A stretch of 64,000 nt of DNA from an uncultured virus (IMG/VR IMGVR_UViG_3300037153_000351) (IMGVR_UViG_3300037153_000351), one strand, 5' to 3'. Shown: positions 17,567 through 27,352, counted from the first letter of the stretch. The notes: a model not told the origin generated them from the sequence alone. Made by a program: numbers and translations.

Positions 17567-18520
17567 ATGAAAATCGAGCGCCGGCCGATCATTAACATTG
17601 AGGAATGGTTGGCGTGGCGGCGGACCGACGTCCTCACGGCAAGCCGCGTCGCCGGCCTGTTCGGCCTGCACCCGCGCGAGACTCCCTATTCGCTGTTCCA
17701 GCGCGCCCATGGCGTCATTCTCCCGGAGGACGAGGGCGACGTCACCTCGCGGCAACGCGGCCTCGATTTCGAGGATCTGATCGGCCGCCGGTTCCAGCGC
17801 GAGCACCCGGAATTGAAGCTCAAGCGCGCCGGCGTCTATCTGCGCGACCCTGTGCGCAAGTTCGGCGGGACGCCGGATTTCTTCCTGCGCTCGCCCGCGC
17901 ATCAAAGGGGCGTGCTCGAATGCAAGAGCGTCGCCCCCTTCGTGTTCAAAAAATATTGGACGGAATACGAGCCGCCGCGATGGATCATCATGCAAACGCT
18001 CGTGCAAATGATGCTCGCACAGGCGACGTTCGGATGGATCGCGGCCTGCATCGTCGACGGATACCGATACGACCTGCATTGCTATGAGGTGCCGCGCCAC
18101 GCCGGCGCGGAGCGCCGGATCCTAGATGCTATCGAGTCATTCTGGCATTGCGTCGAGAACAACAAGGTGCCGGAACCGGACTATGCACGCGACGGAGCTT
18201 TGATTGCGGCCATGAACCAGAGCACGACGGAAGGAAAGACGGTCGACCTGCGCCACGACAACCGCCTGCCCGAAATCCTCGACGAGCGCGCGCGCCTCAA
18301 GCAAGAAATCGACGACGCCAAGGCGCGTTGCGAGGAAATCGAGAACGAAATTCGCGGCAAGATCGGCGACGCCGAGGCCGCGCTCGTCACAGGCTGGCGA
18401 TTGACCTGTAAGGAAATCAAGGAATCCGTCGTCAAGGAATACACGCGCAAGGCTTATCGCCAATTACGCGCCACGCGCGACGAGGCCCCCGCGCCCGCCA
18501 CTAGCGAGGTCGTCACATGA
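17567..18520 (+). CDS. YqaJ-family (lambda Exo-like) exonuclease
   Basis: EWLAWRR..TAS..G..TP, GLDFE, GTPDF..LECKS, QTLVQM. Confidence 0.88.
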   Translation: MKIERRPIINIEEWLAWRRTDVLTASRVAGLFGLHPRETPYSLFQRAHGVILPEDEGDVTSRQRGLDFEDLIGRRFQREHPELKLKRAGVYLRDPVRKFGGTPDFFLRSPAHQRGVLECKSVAPFVFKKYWTEYEPPRWIIMQTLVQMMLAQATFGWIAACIVDGYRYDLHCYEVPRHAGAERRILDAIESFWHCVENNKVPEPDYARDGALIAAMNQSTTEGKTVDLRHDNRLPEILDERARLKQEIDDAKARCEEIENEIRGKIGDAEAALVTGWRLTCKEIKESVVKEYTRKAYRQLRATRDEAPAPATSEVVT

Positions 18521-19563
18521 ATGTCGTTCCGCTCCCGATCATGATGCGTTGCTCCGCCTGCGGGGCCGAGGCGCGCGCGGCCTGCGGATGCGGCGCACCC
18601 TATGTTCACATGCGGGCGGGCAAGCTCGCGGCCAAGGCCATCGCCGCGAATCCGGGCCTATCGAATCGGGCAATCGCCGACAAGCACGGCGTTTCTTTTG
18701 AGACTGTAAGGCGCGCCCGCAAAACAACTGACACAAATGTGTCAGTTGAGCCCCGGGTCGGCAAGGATGGCAAGGTTCGCCGCTCGCCCAAGAAAAAGAA
18801 AAAGGCCCGGATCAAGAATTGGTGGAAAGATATCACCGAGGCCGACATCGAAGCCATTGATCCGGGTCCGTCGAACAATCCGCTCGACGAGGATTATGGA
18901 TCCGAGGATCCGGAAAACTTCCGCACCGCATTTCTCGTTCGCCACATTTTTTATTATAATGTCTGGATTGATCCGACAGATAAAACCGCAAAGCCACGCT
19001 TGGGCAAAGCGTCGGCAAAAGTATTTTCCGCGACAAAACCCATCGAAATGATCTTGACCGCCGATCACGTGACCAAATCAATCAAGGCAAAAGGAGTCGG
19101 CGACACCTTGCGTTGCTCGGTTGCGTTTTGCGTGCGCGATCATGCTGACAAATTTCCCCATGCCATTGACGGCGGCATGATTGACTTCCAATACACCACG
19201 GCTTTCGTTGCCAGCAAGCACAACAAATCAGGATGGCCAACCGAGTGTTATGTTTACCAGCACAGTCTCGGAGAATTCGCAAAGCTCAACGATAGCCGAG
19301 GCGGTCAACGCAAACTCTTGAAATTGATCGAACAGCACGGCCCGATTCACATTGTGCTACGTCCCGCGCGCAAGCGAAAGGAACCGCCGGTCGGCGGACA
19401 TGGCGGAGCGGTTCGAGGTTTGCGCGCAAAAATTGATTATTCGGGACGCGGCGCAAGTCGCCGCGCGGCATATGCTCTCGCTGGCGGCGTGCCGTGGGAT
19501 CAGGTGAACAAGATCCGGGGCCTTGCACAGTCTGCCGCAACAGGCCCCGGTGCGCCCGCGTAG
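18517..19563 (+). CDS. Cys-motif/HTH protein fused to a second uncharacterised domain
   Basis: CSACG..CGCG, NPGLSNRAIADKHGVSFETVRRAR, RVGKDGK; lower-GC second half. Confidence 0.65.
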   Translation: MNVVPLPIMMRCSACGAEARAACGCGAPYVHMRAGKLAAKAIAANPGLSNRAIADKHGVSFETVRRARKTTDTNVSVEPRVGKDGKVRRSPKKKKKARIKNWWKDITEADIEAIDPGPSNNPLDEDYGSEDPENFRTAFLVRHIFYYNVWIDPTDKTAKPRLGKASAKVFSATKPIEMILTADHVTKSIKAKGVGDTLRCSVAFCVRDHADKFPHAIDGGMIDFQYTTAFVASKHNKSGWPTECYVYQHSLGEFAKLNDSRGGQRKLLKLIEQHGPIHIVLRPARKRKEPPVGGHGGAVRGLRAKIDYSGRGASRRAAYALAGGVPWDQVNKIRGLAQSAATGPGAPA

Positions 19564-19613
19564 TGTATCGGGCGCGTTCTTTTACTCTATCACCAAACCA
19601 AAACGGAGGACCA

Positions 19614-20213
19614 ATGGCACGACCTAGAAAGAAACGCGGCCCCGGACGGCCCCCGGGAAGCAAGAATAAGCGCGGGCCCGGACGTCCCAAAGGCAGCAAG
19701 AACAAGCCGAAATCTGTCGCGGTCGCCGGATATGGCAACGTGCCCGCGGTGCTCAACAATATGCGGGCCCGTTTGGGCGAGCTCGAAAGGCGGTTCGTGC
19801 ATATGGCCAGCATCGGCGAGGCGGAAGATCTTGCCGAGGTCGTGCGCTCGACAGTCGAGCAAATAACCGAAATGCACAAGCGGGTCGAAAAGCTCACGAC
19901 CGCTTTCAACGATCTCGTGACCGACGTCGAACATCCGAGCACGCAAATCCTCGCGCGTCGGCTTATTGCTGTTGAGCAAGCCGACAAGATGACTCGCACC
20001 GCGCACGACCGTTTGAACATGCTCGAACAGCATGTGCGCCAGATGCGAACCGAGGTCGCCGAGCTCGTCAACGATCGCATCACGGAACGCAACCGCGCCG
20101 AGGTCGAGCGCATCGCGCGCGGTGAGGAAGAATCGGAAATGCTCTACGGCAAGCGCCCGTCGGAGATTGAACAGGAACAGGACGAGGACCATGGCGACAA
20201 ACGCGAGCACTAA
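19614..20213 (+). CDS. AT-hook-like / coiled-coil protein
   Basis: MARPRKKRGPGRPPGSKNKRGPGRPKGSKNK; GGAGG SD. Confidence 0.7.
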   Translation: MARPRKKRGPGRPPGSKNKRGPGRPKGSKNKPKSVAVAGYGNVPAVLNNMRARLGELERRFVHMASIGEAEDLAEVVRSTVEQITEMHKRVEKLTTAFNDLVTDVEHPSTQILARRLIAVEQADKMTRTAHDRLNMLEQHVRQMRTEVAELVNDRITERNRAEVERIARGEEESEMLYGKRPSEIEQEQDEDHGDKREH

Positions 20214-21318
20214 CAGCGGCGGCGGGCCGCTCCAAATCATCCGGCACGACCTCGAACGCATGACCTCGCAATTCGCCATGGTCATGCCGGCGGACACGGT
20301 CGACCGCTTCAAGCGAATATTCGTCACCATGCTACAGGAAAACCCGAACCTGTTGTCGTGCACGCCCGGGTCGCTCATTCGCTGCGCCATGCGCGCCGCG
20401 CAAGACGGGCTCGAACTCGATGGCCGCGAGGCCGCGTGCGTGCCATTCAAATCCGGCGGCGAAACCATCGCACAATATGTGCCGATGATTTTGGGGATCC
20501 GAAAAAAGGTTCGGCAGTCGGGCCTCGTCTCCGATTGGAATGTGCAGGTCGTTTACGAGGGCGACGAGTTCGAGGTCGCGCTCGGCGATCGGCCGTATAT
20601 CCTGCACAAGCCATCGCTTAAAGGCGGGCGCAAACGCCCCATCATCGGGGCCTATAGCATCGCCACCTTTTCCGACGGCACGGTGTCGCGCGAGTTCATG
20701 AACGCGGACGAGATCGAGGACATCCGCGCCAAGTCGAAATCCCGTCAAGGGCCGTGGGCGGATCCTGTCTATTATCCGGAGATGGCGCGCAAGACGGTCG
20801 CCCGCCTGCACGCCAAGCAACTCCCCATGTCGTCGGATCTCGCCGCGGTGTTCACGCGCGAGGATCAGGAAACCGGCGCGGTTCCGCCGCCGGCCGCGCC
20901 CGCGCCGACCCGCCTGCGCATCGGCAACGTGTCGCACGCGCTCGACGATTTCGCTTCCTCGCCGTCCCTTTCGGCCCCTCCGCAAGAGGCGGCGGCGGAA
21001 GGTCGGGCCCGGGATGACGAGCCGTCGCAATCGTTCCCCGACAGCGGCGGGGCGTCCCCCGGGCCCGGTGCCGATTGGAGCGACGACGTCGCCCCCGTTC
21101 CCGACGACGACCCGGCCGAGCTCGCCGCCGGCCACGAGGCCGCCGACGAGGCATTCGACGCCCGCCGCGTTGCCTATGAACTCGGGAAAAAGGCCAAGGC
21201 CGCTAACCCCACGGCCCTGCCAAACAGGATCATTCCGGGCGAGTACCGTTCCGGCGAACGCACCCGCGAGGCCCTTGCGTGGCGGGCCGGGTTCGATGGG
21301 CAGGACATGCCGGCGTGA
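20191..21318 (+). CDS. recT: RecT-family ssDNA annealing protein
   Basis: NPNLLSCTPGSLI..AAQDGLELD..VYEGDEF..IGAY..PW..EMARKTV..KQLPMS; near YqaJ. Confidence 0.88.
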   Translation: MATNASTNSGGGPLQIIRHDLERMTSQFAMVMPADTVDRFKRIFVTMLQENPNLLSCTPGSLIRCAMRAAQDGLELDGREAACVPFKSGGETIAQYVPMILGIRKKVRQSGLVSDWNVQVVYEGDEFEVALGDRPYILHKPSLKGGRKRPIIGAYSIATFSDGTVSREFMNADEIEDIRAKSKSRQGPWADPVYYPEMARKTVARLHAKQLPMSSDLAAVFTREDQETGAVPPPAAPAPTRLRIGNVSHALDDFASSPSLSAPPQEAAAEGRARDDEPSQSFPDSGGASPGPGADWSDDVAPVPDDDPAELAAGHEAADEAFDARRVAYELGKKAKAANPTALPNRIIPGEYRSGERTREALAWRAGFDGQDMPA

Positions 21319-21689
21319 AACGGCCGCTCAAAATGTTGTCGACGTCGCACCACAAGATCTATTCGGGGCGACGCAACAAAGCGGGGCTTTGCATCGTGCA
21401 CGTGCAAAGCAAGGGCGATTCCTATCTGTTGCCGCTCCGCCTCGATATCGTGAAGCATTCGCCGACCGGTTTCGAGTGGGGATACGGCGGAAGCGGCCCC
21501 TCGCAACTCGCGCTCGCCATCCTCGCCGATTGCGTCAGCGACGAGGTCGCCCTCGCCCTGCATATCAAGTTCAAAATGCAATTCGTCGCCAAGCTTCATC
21601 GCGACCGGCCTTGGAAACTCGGTGACAAGCAAGTGGTGCAATTCGTGCTCGCCAATATGAAACCGCTTAAGCAGCAAGAGGAGTCTTGA
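21315..21689 (+). CDS. DUF6166-like protein
   Basis: HSPTGFEWGYGGSGPSQLALAIL. Confidence 0.75.
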   Translation: MKRPLKMLSTSHHKIYSGRRNKAGLCIVHVQSKGDSYLLPLRLDIVKHSPTGFEWGYGGSGPSQLALAILADCVSDEVALALHIKFKMQFVAKLHRDRPWKLGDKQVVQFVLANMKPLKQQEES

Positions 21690-21691
21690 CC

Positions 21692-22141
21692 ATGACCACC
21701 AATCTCGTGACAGGTAACGGCCGCCCGGTCGACTATGCCGGCCCGCGCCATCGGCAACAGGCCCAAGAGGATCTTGGGTTCTCGCTGCATCCGGAGGTGC
21801 AACGTGCCACCTACGAATTTTCCGAGGCGGTACGCGAGCGCGATCTCTTGCGGGAGGAAAACGCCGCGCTCAAAAATCAGGTGAAATTGTTCGAGGCGAA
21901 TATCGCGGAATTGCAACACACAATCGACCACGAGCGCGTACAGAAAGAAAAATTCCAACGCTATTGCGTGACCGTGCAAACCCTCATTCGTTCCATCGCG
22001 GTCGCCGCCGAGCAAGCCAACGCCGCCGCGACCGATCACGCTGTGCGCGAGGAACCCAAGGCGGTGCCATCCGTGAGCACTATCGAAAAAGAGGTCGCCG
22101 CGCTCGCGAAATCCTTGGGCAATGAAACGCGCGCAGGATAG
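21692..22141 (+). CDS. coiled-coil hypothetical protein
   Basis: Heptad-rich ORF, GAGGAG SD. Confidence 0.65.
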   Translation: MTTNLVTGNGRPVDYAGPRHRQQAQEDLGFSLHPEVQRATYEFSEAVRERDLLREENAALKNQVKLFEANIAELQHTIDHERVQKEKFQRYCVTVQTLIRSIAVAAEQANAAATDHAVREEPKAVPSVSTIEKEVAALAKSLGNETRAG

Positions 22142-22146
22142 CGCCC

Positions 22147-22344
22147 ATGGGCGCGCGCTATACGAACGGGCAGAAGATCCGCGAGATCGAGACGGAAATC
22201 GCCTTTCGTCGCAATGTCTATCGGAGGCTCGTGCGTGAGAATCGAATGTCACCACAAGAGGCCGGCGAGCGCATAGCAATCTTGGAGGACATTTTAGACG
22301 ACTATCAACCGCGCTTGCAGTTTGGAGAACCAGAACGTGCGTAA
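22147..22344 (+). CDS. conserved phage hypothetical protein
   Basis: IETEIAFRRNVYRRLV..M..EA..RIAILEDIL. Confidence 0.7.
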   Translation: MGARYTNGQKIREIETEIAFRRNVYRRLVRENRMSPQEAGERIAILEDILDDYQPRLQFGEPERA

Positions 22345-22555
22345 GGGAAACTTTCTGCAACAAGACGTGACCCGCGCAATCAAGGCCGCCCACGCCGGCG
22401 GCCTTGCCCTCGCGCGCGTGGTCATAGACGCGAGCTTGAATCGGATCACGCTTTACGCCCGCGATGGCAGCGGCAATGACGTGATCGAAAAGGTCGCAAT
22501 CGAAAGGCGCGCCGATGGAAATCGAACACACTCCGACAATGGCGGAGTTGATTGA
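22337..22555 (+). CDS. small phage protein
   Basis: FLQQDVTRAIKAAHAGGL motif. Confidence 0.6.
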   Translation: MRKGNFLQQDVTRAIKAAHAGGLALARVVIDASLNRITLYARDGSGNDVIEKVAIERRADGNRTHSDNGGVD

Positions 22556-22982
22556 GCTCGCCTCGAAAATGGTCGAGCACAGGTTCGATAAATCCGGGCA
22601 GGTCGAGCCGCGCTATATCGCCGTCACCGCCGCGGGGCAGGTTTTTATTGTTCCGCCGCCGCCGTGCGACCGGCAAACCGCGACTAATCTCGTGCGCGAA
22701 TTGTTCGTCGAACACGACGTCGTCGCTTATGTCTATTTCGACGAGGCATATATCGCCGAGGGCAAGACAAAAGAGGAAGCGTTTGCCGGCCTCGACAGGC
22801 AACAGCACGAGGCCGTGGTGATATCGGCAGAATCCGAACGCGAGGGCCAACGCTTCGCGCTGCGCAAGATCGTGCGGCCGACCGGGCGCAAGGCATATCT
22901 CGAACCGCTCGTGATCGAGGATTTTCACGGAGCATCCGGGAATATCGTCGGCATGCTCGCGCGCAGGACAACGCTGCAATGA
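22515..22982 (+). CDS. hypothetical protein
   Basis: 155-aa ORF in the coupled operon. Confidence 0.65.
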   Translation: MEIEHTPTMAELIELASKMVEHRFDKSGQVEPRYIAVTAAGQVFIVPPPPCDRQTATNLVRELFVEHDVVAYVYFDEAYIAEGKTKEEAFAGLDRQQHEAVVISAESEREGQRFALRKIVRPTGRKAYLEPLVIEDFHGASGNIVGMLARRTTLQ

Positions 22983-23010
22983 TCGGTCGGGCGTTTCTTG
23001 GAGGTTGGTT

Positions 23011-23238
23011 ATGATCCCAAAATACCCGTTTTGCGTTTCGGTGTGGCGCAAGGTCGGAACCAAGCTCGACCTGCGCACGAAATCGTTCGAGACATTGCCC
23101 GCGGCCTCAGCATTCGTCGGCGTCGCGCTGCGCGGGGCCGATACCAAACGCGTGCAACTTTACTGCATTCTTGAGGATTTTCACCGCAACAGCGTCGGCG
23201 GTGTCTCGGATTTCAATCGGGAGGCGCAAGCATTATGA
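23011..23238 (+). CDS. hypothetical protein
   Basis: GGAGG SD, coupled to next gene. Confidence 0.6.
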   Translation: MIPKYPFCVSVWRKVGTKLDLRTKSFETLPAASAFVGVALRGADTKRVQLYCILEDFHRNSVGGVSDFNREAQAL

Positions 23239-23429
23239 CGACCGAACCCGCCGACAAGTTCGAACGCTTGGGCGAGGCGGATCTCAAGGCCGCGTTTGAT
23301 TTGCTGTTCGAGGATCTATGCCAACGCTTGCGCGAGCGCGATGTATCCGAGGACGCTATCGAGGGCGTGCAGATTACGCTCATGATTGCGTTCCGGTTGG
23401 GCGAAAAGCACGCGCGCAAGAAATCATGA
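23235..23429 (+). CDS. hypothetical protein
   Basis: 64 aa, ATGA overlaps. Confidence 0.6.
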   Translation: MTTEPADKFERLGEADLKAAFDLLFEDLCQRLRERDVSEDAIEGVQITLMIAFRLGEKHARKKS

Positions 23430-24010
23430 CCACGCTCACCATCAAGCTTGTGCCCGACGCCGTGCGCCGCTGCGGCGATTGTCAACTCTGTTGCAAGCTC
23501 ATGCCGCTGCGCGACGCCACCGTGCACGATGGCTATAAGCCCGCGAACATGAAATGCACGCATCAGAAATTCGGCGTCGGGTGCTCGATCTACGCTAAGC
23601 GGCCGCGCTCGTGCGCCGTGTTCTCGTGCCGATGGCTCACGAAGCACGACACGGCCGACCAGCACAGGCCCGACCGGGCGCATTGCGTTATCGACCCGAT
23701 GCCCGATACCCTCGACATCGCGAACGAGGACGGCACCCGCGACACGATCACGGTTTGCCAGATATGGGTCGACCCGCGATACCGATACGCCTTCCGCGAC
23801 GAACCGATGCGCAGCTTTATCGAGCGCCGCGGGGCCGAGGGTATCGCGACCCTCATTCGTTGGGACGAGCGCGCGGGGCTCGCCGTGTTCCCCGCCTCGA
23901 TCACAGGCTCGCAATGGATGGAGCGCGGCGGCATTGCCGAGGAAGCCCGAACGCCACAAGGGACCATTGCCGCGGTCGCGGCGAGCCGCCGATTGGTGCC
24001 GCCAACATGA
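23426..24010 (+). CDS. Cys-cluster (YkgJ-like Zn/Fe-binding) protein
   Basis: CGDCQLCCKL..C..GCSIYAKRPRSCAVFSCRWL. Confidence 0.75.
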   Translation: MTTLTIKLVPDAVRRCGDCQLCCKLMPLRDATVHDGYKPANMKCTHQKFGVGCSIYAKRPRSCAVFSCRWLTKHDTADQHRPDRAHCVIDPMPDTLDIANEDGTRDTITVCQIWVDPRYRYAFRDEPMRSFIERRGAEGIATLIRWDERAGLAVFPASITGSQWMERGGIAEEARTPQGTIAAVAASRRLVPPT

Positions 24011-24177
24011 CGAAACAACGTCTCGCCATAGATGACGTGCAAACCTTGCTCGACTACCGCATGCCGGCGAGCGGCAAACCCATGTCGTCAATCGTGCTGC
24101 CGCGCGAGCTTGCCGAACGCCTTGTGAAGGAATTCCGCGAGCAACAAGAGGTGAAAGATGCAGATCCACAATCGTGA
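24007..24177 (+). CDS. hypothetical protein
   Basis: MTKQRLAIDDVQTLL.., coupled. Confidence 0.5.
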   Translation: MTKQRLAIDDVQTLLDYRMPASGKPMSSIVLPRELAERLVKEFREQQEVKDADPQS

Positions 24178-24430
24178 AATCGACGACGACGAACTCGTGC
24201 GCTTGTGGCATAGCGAGGAGCGGGTCGGCCCAATTGCCATCCGCCTCGGCCTTGACGCCTCGCATTTGATCGCGGCATGGCGTCGGCTCAAGGAAGGCGG
24301 AATATTGCCCCGCGGCGAGCGCCCCATGGGCAGGACGAGCCGCCCCGATGATATCTATGACGGCCGCCCAAAGGTCGGCCTGTACGGCCGCGACCCGCTA
24401 TATGATGCCCTCGCCCGCGGCAAGCGGTAA
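24158..24430 (+). CDS. hypothetical protein (possible HTH)
   Basis: DDELVRLW..IAIRLGL..WRRLKEGGILP. Confidence 0.6.
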   Translation: MQIHNREIDDDELVRLWHSEERVGPIAIRLGLDASHLIAAWRRLKEGGILPRGERPMGRTSRPDDIYDGRPKVGLYGRDPLYDALARGKR

Positions 24431-24481
24431 TTAAAATCCACGCCAGTCTCGCCGGCATGCTACCATCCGGGCGCTTTTTCT

Positions 24482-24685
24482 ATGTGCGCCGACGGGATTC
24501 AATTGTTTTATTTACCGCTAACCCCTCGACAATTATTAATGATTCGGCGCGCACTGTGCATCGCGCTCGCCGATTCCATGTCGCCGGTGCGGGCGGATTC
24601 GCTCACGCACGCGCCCGATCAATGGAAGGAATTGCTTGATTTCATTATGAATTTCGAGCGGGAGCAAAAACAGGGGGTGAAATAA
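24482..24685 (+). CDS. hypothetical protein
   Basis: 67-aa ORF. Confidence 0.4.
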   Translation: MCADGIQLFYLPLTPRQLLMIRRALCIALADSMSPVRADSLTHAPDQWKELLDFIMNFEREQKQGVK

Positions 24686-24724
24686 AAAATATTTCTTGAA
24701 AAACCGGACATAATGTCCGATATT
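24681..24724 (+). promoter_or_regulatory. sigma70-like promoter with a palindromic operator in the spacer
   Basis: A/T tract, TTGAAA (24696), 17-nt spacer, GATATT (24719); CGGACA-TAA-TGTCCG at 24705-24719. Confidence 0.55.
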
Positions 24725-24777
24725 CAGGGGTGCCCGCGCCAACGGGTTAAAAACTCAAATCGGTGGAGTCCCCTGCC

Positions 24778-25074
24778 ATGGAATTCGTTTTTGCCGTCGC
24801 CTATTTTTTATTGGGCGTTCTGATTATCATCATTGCCCGCCGCCGCGGGCGCAGCGGTTTCGGATGGTGCGTCGTGCCCGTCCTGATCGCCCTCGTTCTG
24901 GCCATCGTCGGCGGCATTCTGGTTTTCGTGCTCGAACCGTTCTTCACGATCGCGCTCTTGTTCGCGCTCCCGCCCAAGGCACGGCGCGTCAAGGATCCCT
25001 CCATTCGCCAACTCAAGCGCGTGTTCGACGCGGTCGAGGCCGATTGCAATCGGCTCGAATGGCAGGGGAGGTGA
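24778..25074 (+). CDS. membrane protein
   Basis: Two to three hydrophobic segments, ARRRGRSGFGW. Confidence 0.7.
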   Translation: MEFVFAVAYFLLGVLIIIIARRRGRSGFGWCVVPVLIALVLAIVGGILVFVLEPFFTIALLFALPPKARRVKDPSIRQLKRVFDAVEADCNRLEWQGR

Positions 25075-25077
25075 CCC

Positions 25078-25275
25078 ATGGAAAAGCGCACCATCGAGGA
25101 TGCGGACGGCCGGCGCACGGTCGAGGTGAAATGCTGCGGCGAGTGGTTACCCTGCCCCGCGTTCACCAACACGTGCCCGCATTGCGAGGCGGATTTCAAT
25201 TTCGCGGGCCAACACCTCGCGCCGCGCTCGCAATGGGGCGAGGAAACCGGCGAACTGTGGTGGGAGTGCTATTGA
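25078..25275 (+). CDS. small zinc-finger protein
   Basis: CCGEW..TNTCPHC..FNFAGQHLAP..QWGEETGE. Confidence 0.7.
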   Translation: MEKRTIEDADGRRTVEVKCCGEWLPCPAFTNTCPHCEADFNFAGQHLAPRSQWGEETGELWWECY

Positions 25276-25508
25276 TGGGATACGCCCTCTGCACGTCCGA
25301 ATGCCTCTTTTGCCGGCGGGTGTTCTCTTACAACCCCATGCGGGTGCCGAGCTTGCCCGCCAACGTGAGCCCCACAGGCACGCGCGAACCGATCTGCCGC
25401 GAGTGCGTCGAGGCGGCCAACCCCCGCCGCATCGCCAACGGGCTCGAACCTATCGTGCCCCATCCCGACGCCTATGAGCCTTGCGACGAAAGCGAATTAG
25501 GAGATTGA
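25275..25508 (+). CDS. small zinc-finger protein
   Basis: CLFC..FSYNP.RVPS..REPICRECV. Confidence 0.7.
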   Translation: MGYALCTSECLFCRRVFSYNPMRVPSLPANVSPTGTREPICRECVEAANPRRIANGLEPIVPHPDAYEPCDESELGD

Positions 25509-25509
25509 T

Positions 25510-25678
25510 TGTGCATACGCTTGTTGCCCTCGCCTTAACTGCCCCGGTTCTCATTTTCTATGTCGTGATTGCTGGCGACGCCTTGGGATATCGGCAACTC
25601 GCCGAGCCGCACATGGTCGTGTCGGTTAGCTCGCTCAATCAAATCTGTTCTGCATTGGCCAAGGATAAACGGCCATGA
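25510..25678 (+). CDS. small membrane protein
   Basis: GTG start after AGGAG; hydrophobic N-terminus. Confidence 0.5.
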
Positions 25679-25785
25679 GCTTCCTCAACGTGCGCCATAC
25701 CGAAACCGTCGTGCTGATCGTGGTTGGCGTGTTCGCGCTCGTCATCGTCTCGGCAACCTTCATTCTTATGGCGGCCTTGCCATGA
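25675..25785 (+). CDS. 36-aa single-TM peptide (not in ORF track)
   Basis: MSFLNVRHTETVVLIVVGVFALVIVSATFILMAALP*, ATGA-coupled on both sides. Confidence 0.5.
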   Translation: MSFLNVRHTETVVLIVVGVFALVIVSATFILMAALP

Positions 25786-26138
25786 AATACGCAACGCTAA
25801 TTCTTGGCCTTGCAATCGCCTTGGCGTCGGTGCTGGCGGCGCGGGCCGACACCATCCCCGCCGCCTATCGGGGGACGTGGTGCCAAAGCGCCAAGAGCTC
25901 GGAGAAATGGCAGCGGTGCCGCTATCGCGACCCGCCCATGACTATCAAGGCCACGGCCATCCTCACGGACGAGACGACGTGCGCGCTCGCCGGCAAAATC
26001 ACCCCCGCCGGCAATGGTATCATGGGGAAATTCCGCTGCGCCGCGCTCGATTCTCGCAATGATCGCTGGCGCTCGCTCGTCGAAATGCGGCTCGTCGACG
26101 GAACGCTGTTCTTTTTCGAGGCGGCCGACGACGAATAA
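25782..26138 (+). CDS. secreted/periplasmic protein
   Basis: Signal peptide ending ARA-D, then IPAAYRGTWC. Confidence 0.7.
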   Translation: MKYATLILGLAIALASVLAARADTIPAAYRGTWCQSAKSSEKWQRCRYRDPPMTIKATAILTDETTCALAGKITPAGNGIMGKFRCAALDSRNDRWRSLVEMRLVDGTLFFFEAADDE

Positions 26139-26360
26139 AAAAAACCTCCGGGCGAGCGGGAGGCTCAAGCCCGGAGGTCAACGCGGCCGCCGCCAAGCGG
26201 CCGACCGGCGCAGGAAATCGGTGGATAACCTGCCCGGAAGAGTCAGATATCTAGCTTAACGCGACGGAAATGGACAAGCGCCACTTGTCGCATTTCTTAA
26301 AAAATGAACGGATACCAGCCATGCCCGCGCCAACGGGTTTCGAATCGGTGAGATCCAAAC

Positions 26361-26546
26361 ATGCCGGCGAATGCCTCCCGCGAGTGGGAATGCTCGATCT
26401 GTCGCGCGATGGTTGTCGGGTTCCCCAACGATGCTTGGCCCGTCAACGACGGCGATTGCTGCGATTCCTGCAATTGGTCGGTCGTGCTGATCGCCCGTTT
26501 CCGCCTGCAAGAGCGCAGCAAAAATGAACCCCAACCGCCCAAATAG
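26361..26546 (+). CDS. small Cys-rich protein
   Basis: CSIC..G..NDAWPVNDGDCCDSCN..V. Confidence 0.6.
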   Translation: MPANASREWECSICRAMVVGFPNDAWPVNDGDCCDSCNWSVVLIARFRLQERSKNEPQPPK

Positions 26547-26721
26547 CGACGGTGATTATGTGCGCCGGGTGCGCGAAATGCTTGGACTCAATCAAACCGA
26601 GTTCGGCCAACGCCTCGGCTTGAGCGACCGTCAAATCCGGCGATACGAGGAATCCGACGAGATCCCGCCTATGGCCATGCTGGCAATTCAGAAACTCGAA
26701 TCCGATTGGTTGAAAAGATGA
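26524..26721 (+). CDS. XRE-family HTH regulator
   Basis: VRRVREMLGLNQTEFGQRLGLSDRQIRRYE. Confidence 0.85.
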   Translation: MNPNRPNSDGDYVRRVREMLGLNQTEFGQRLGLSDRQIRRYEESDEIPPMAMLAIQKLESDWLKR

Positions 26722-27119
26722 AGCCCCTTGCCGCCTTCCTTTGTTCGTTGGTTTTGCTCGCAACCGCCGCACATGCGGAAAATTTCCTAGTTCATAACGG
26801 CTCGCTCATGGCCTTGCGCGCTTTCCCGGGCGGCCGAATCGAGATCAGATACGTCGAGCCGCGGCCGGGGTTGTGGGACGTGGGAGTGCGGCCCGGGACA
26901 ATTCTGTTACGAGGACAATGGGTCGGCCCGGTGCTCAACGCCGAGGCGCGGGTGTTCTCCGCCTTCTGCGGCCCCCTGCCCTATCCTGTACGTGGAGGCG
27001 AACAAGGGGCGGTGCTCGTGCTTAATGGCGTTGCTCCCATCGTAGATCCGTATTCGTGCGTGCTGATCGGCGGGGCCATCACGGACAACTCGACGCTGAT
27101 TTTCACACCCGCCCAATAG
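26718..27119 (+). CDS. secreted protein
   Basis: Signal peptide ending AHA-E; HNGSLM..IRYVEPRPG..GVRPGTILL. Confidence 0.7.
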   Translation: MKPLAAFLCSLVLLATAAHAENFLVHNGSLMALRAFPGGRIEIRYVEPRPGLWDVGVRPGTILLRGQWVGPVLNAEARVFSAFCGPLPYPVRGGEQGAVLVLNGVAPIVDPYSCVLIGGAITDNSTLIFTPAQ

Positions 27120-27127
27120 AGGAAAAA

Positions 27128-27352
27128 ATGTTCGTCTCGAAGATTCTGACAAGCAACCGTTTCGGCGACCATTACTTTATCGCCTATCGCCGAGCGCCGC
27201 GCGGTTTCAAATATCGCTGGACTCGCGTGCCGCTGTTCCCGGGCCCGGAGGTCGAGGTCGAGGCGCATGAGGTGCCCGAACCTATCCGAGAACGAGCCTA
27301 TGACCTGTTCGAGGGGGACCGCTTGCGCGAGCGCGCAGAGGTGACGCTATGA
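27128..27352 (+). CDS. hypothetical protein
   Basis: GAGG SD, coupled downstream. Confidence 0.55.
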   Translation: MFVSKILTSNRFGDHYFIAYRRAPRGFKYRWTRVPLFPGPEVEVEAHEVPEPIRERAYDLFEGDRLRERAEVTL

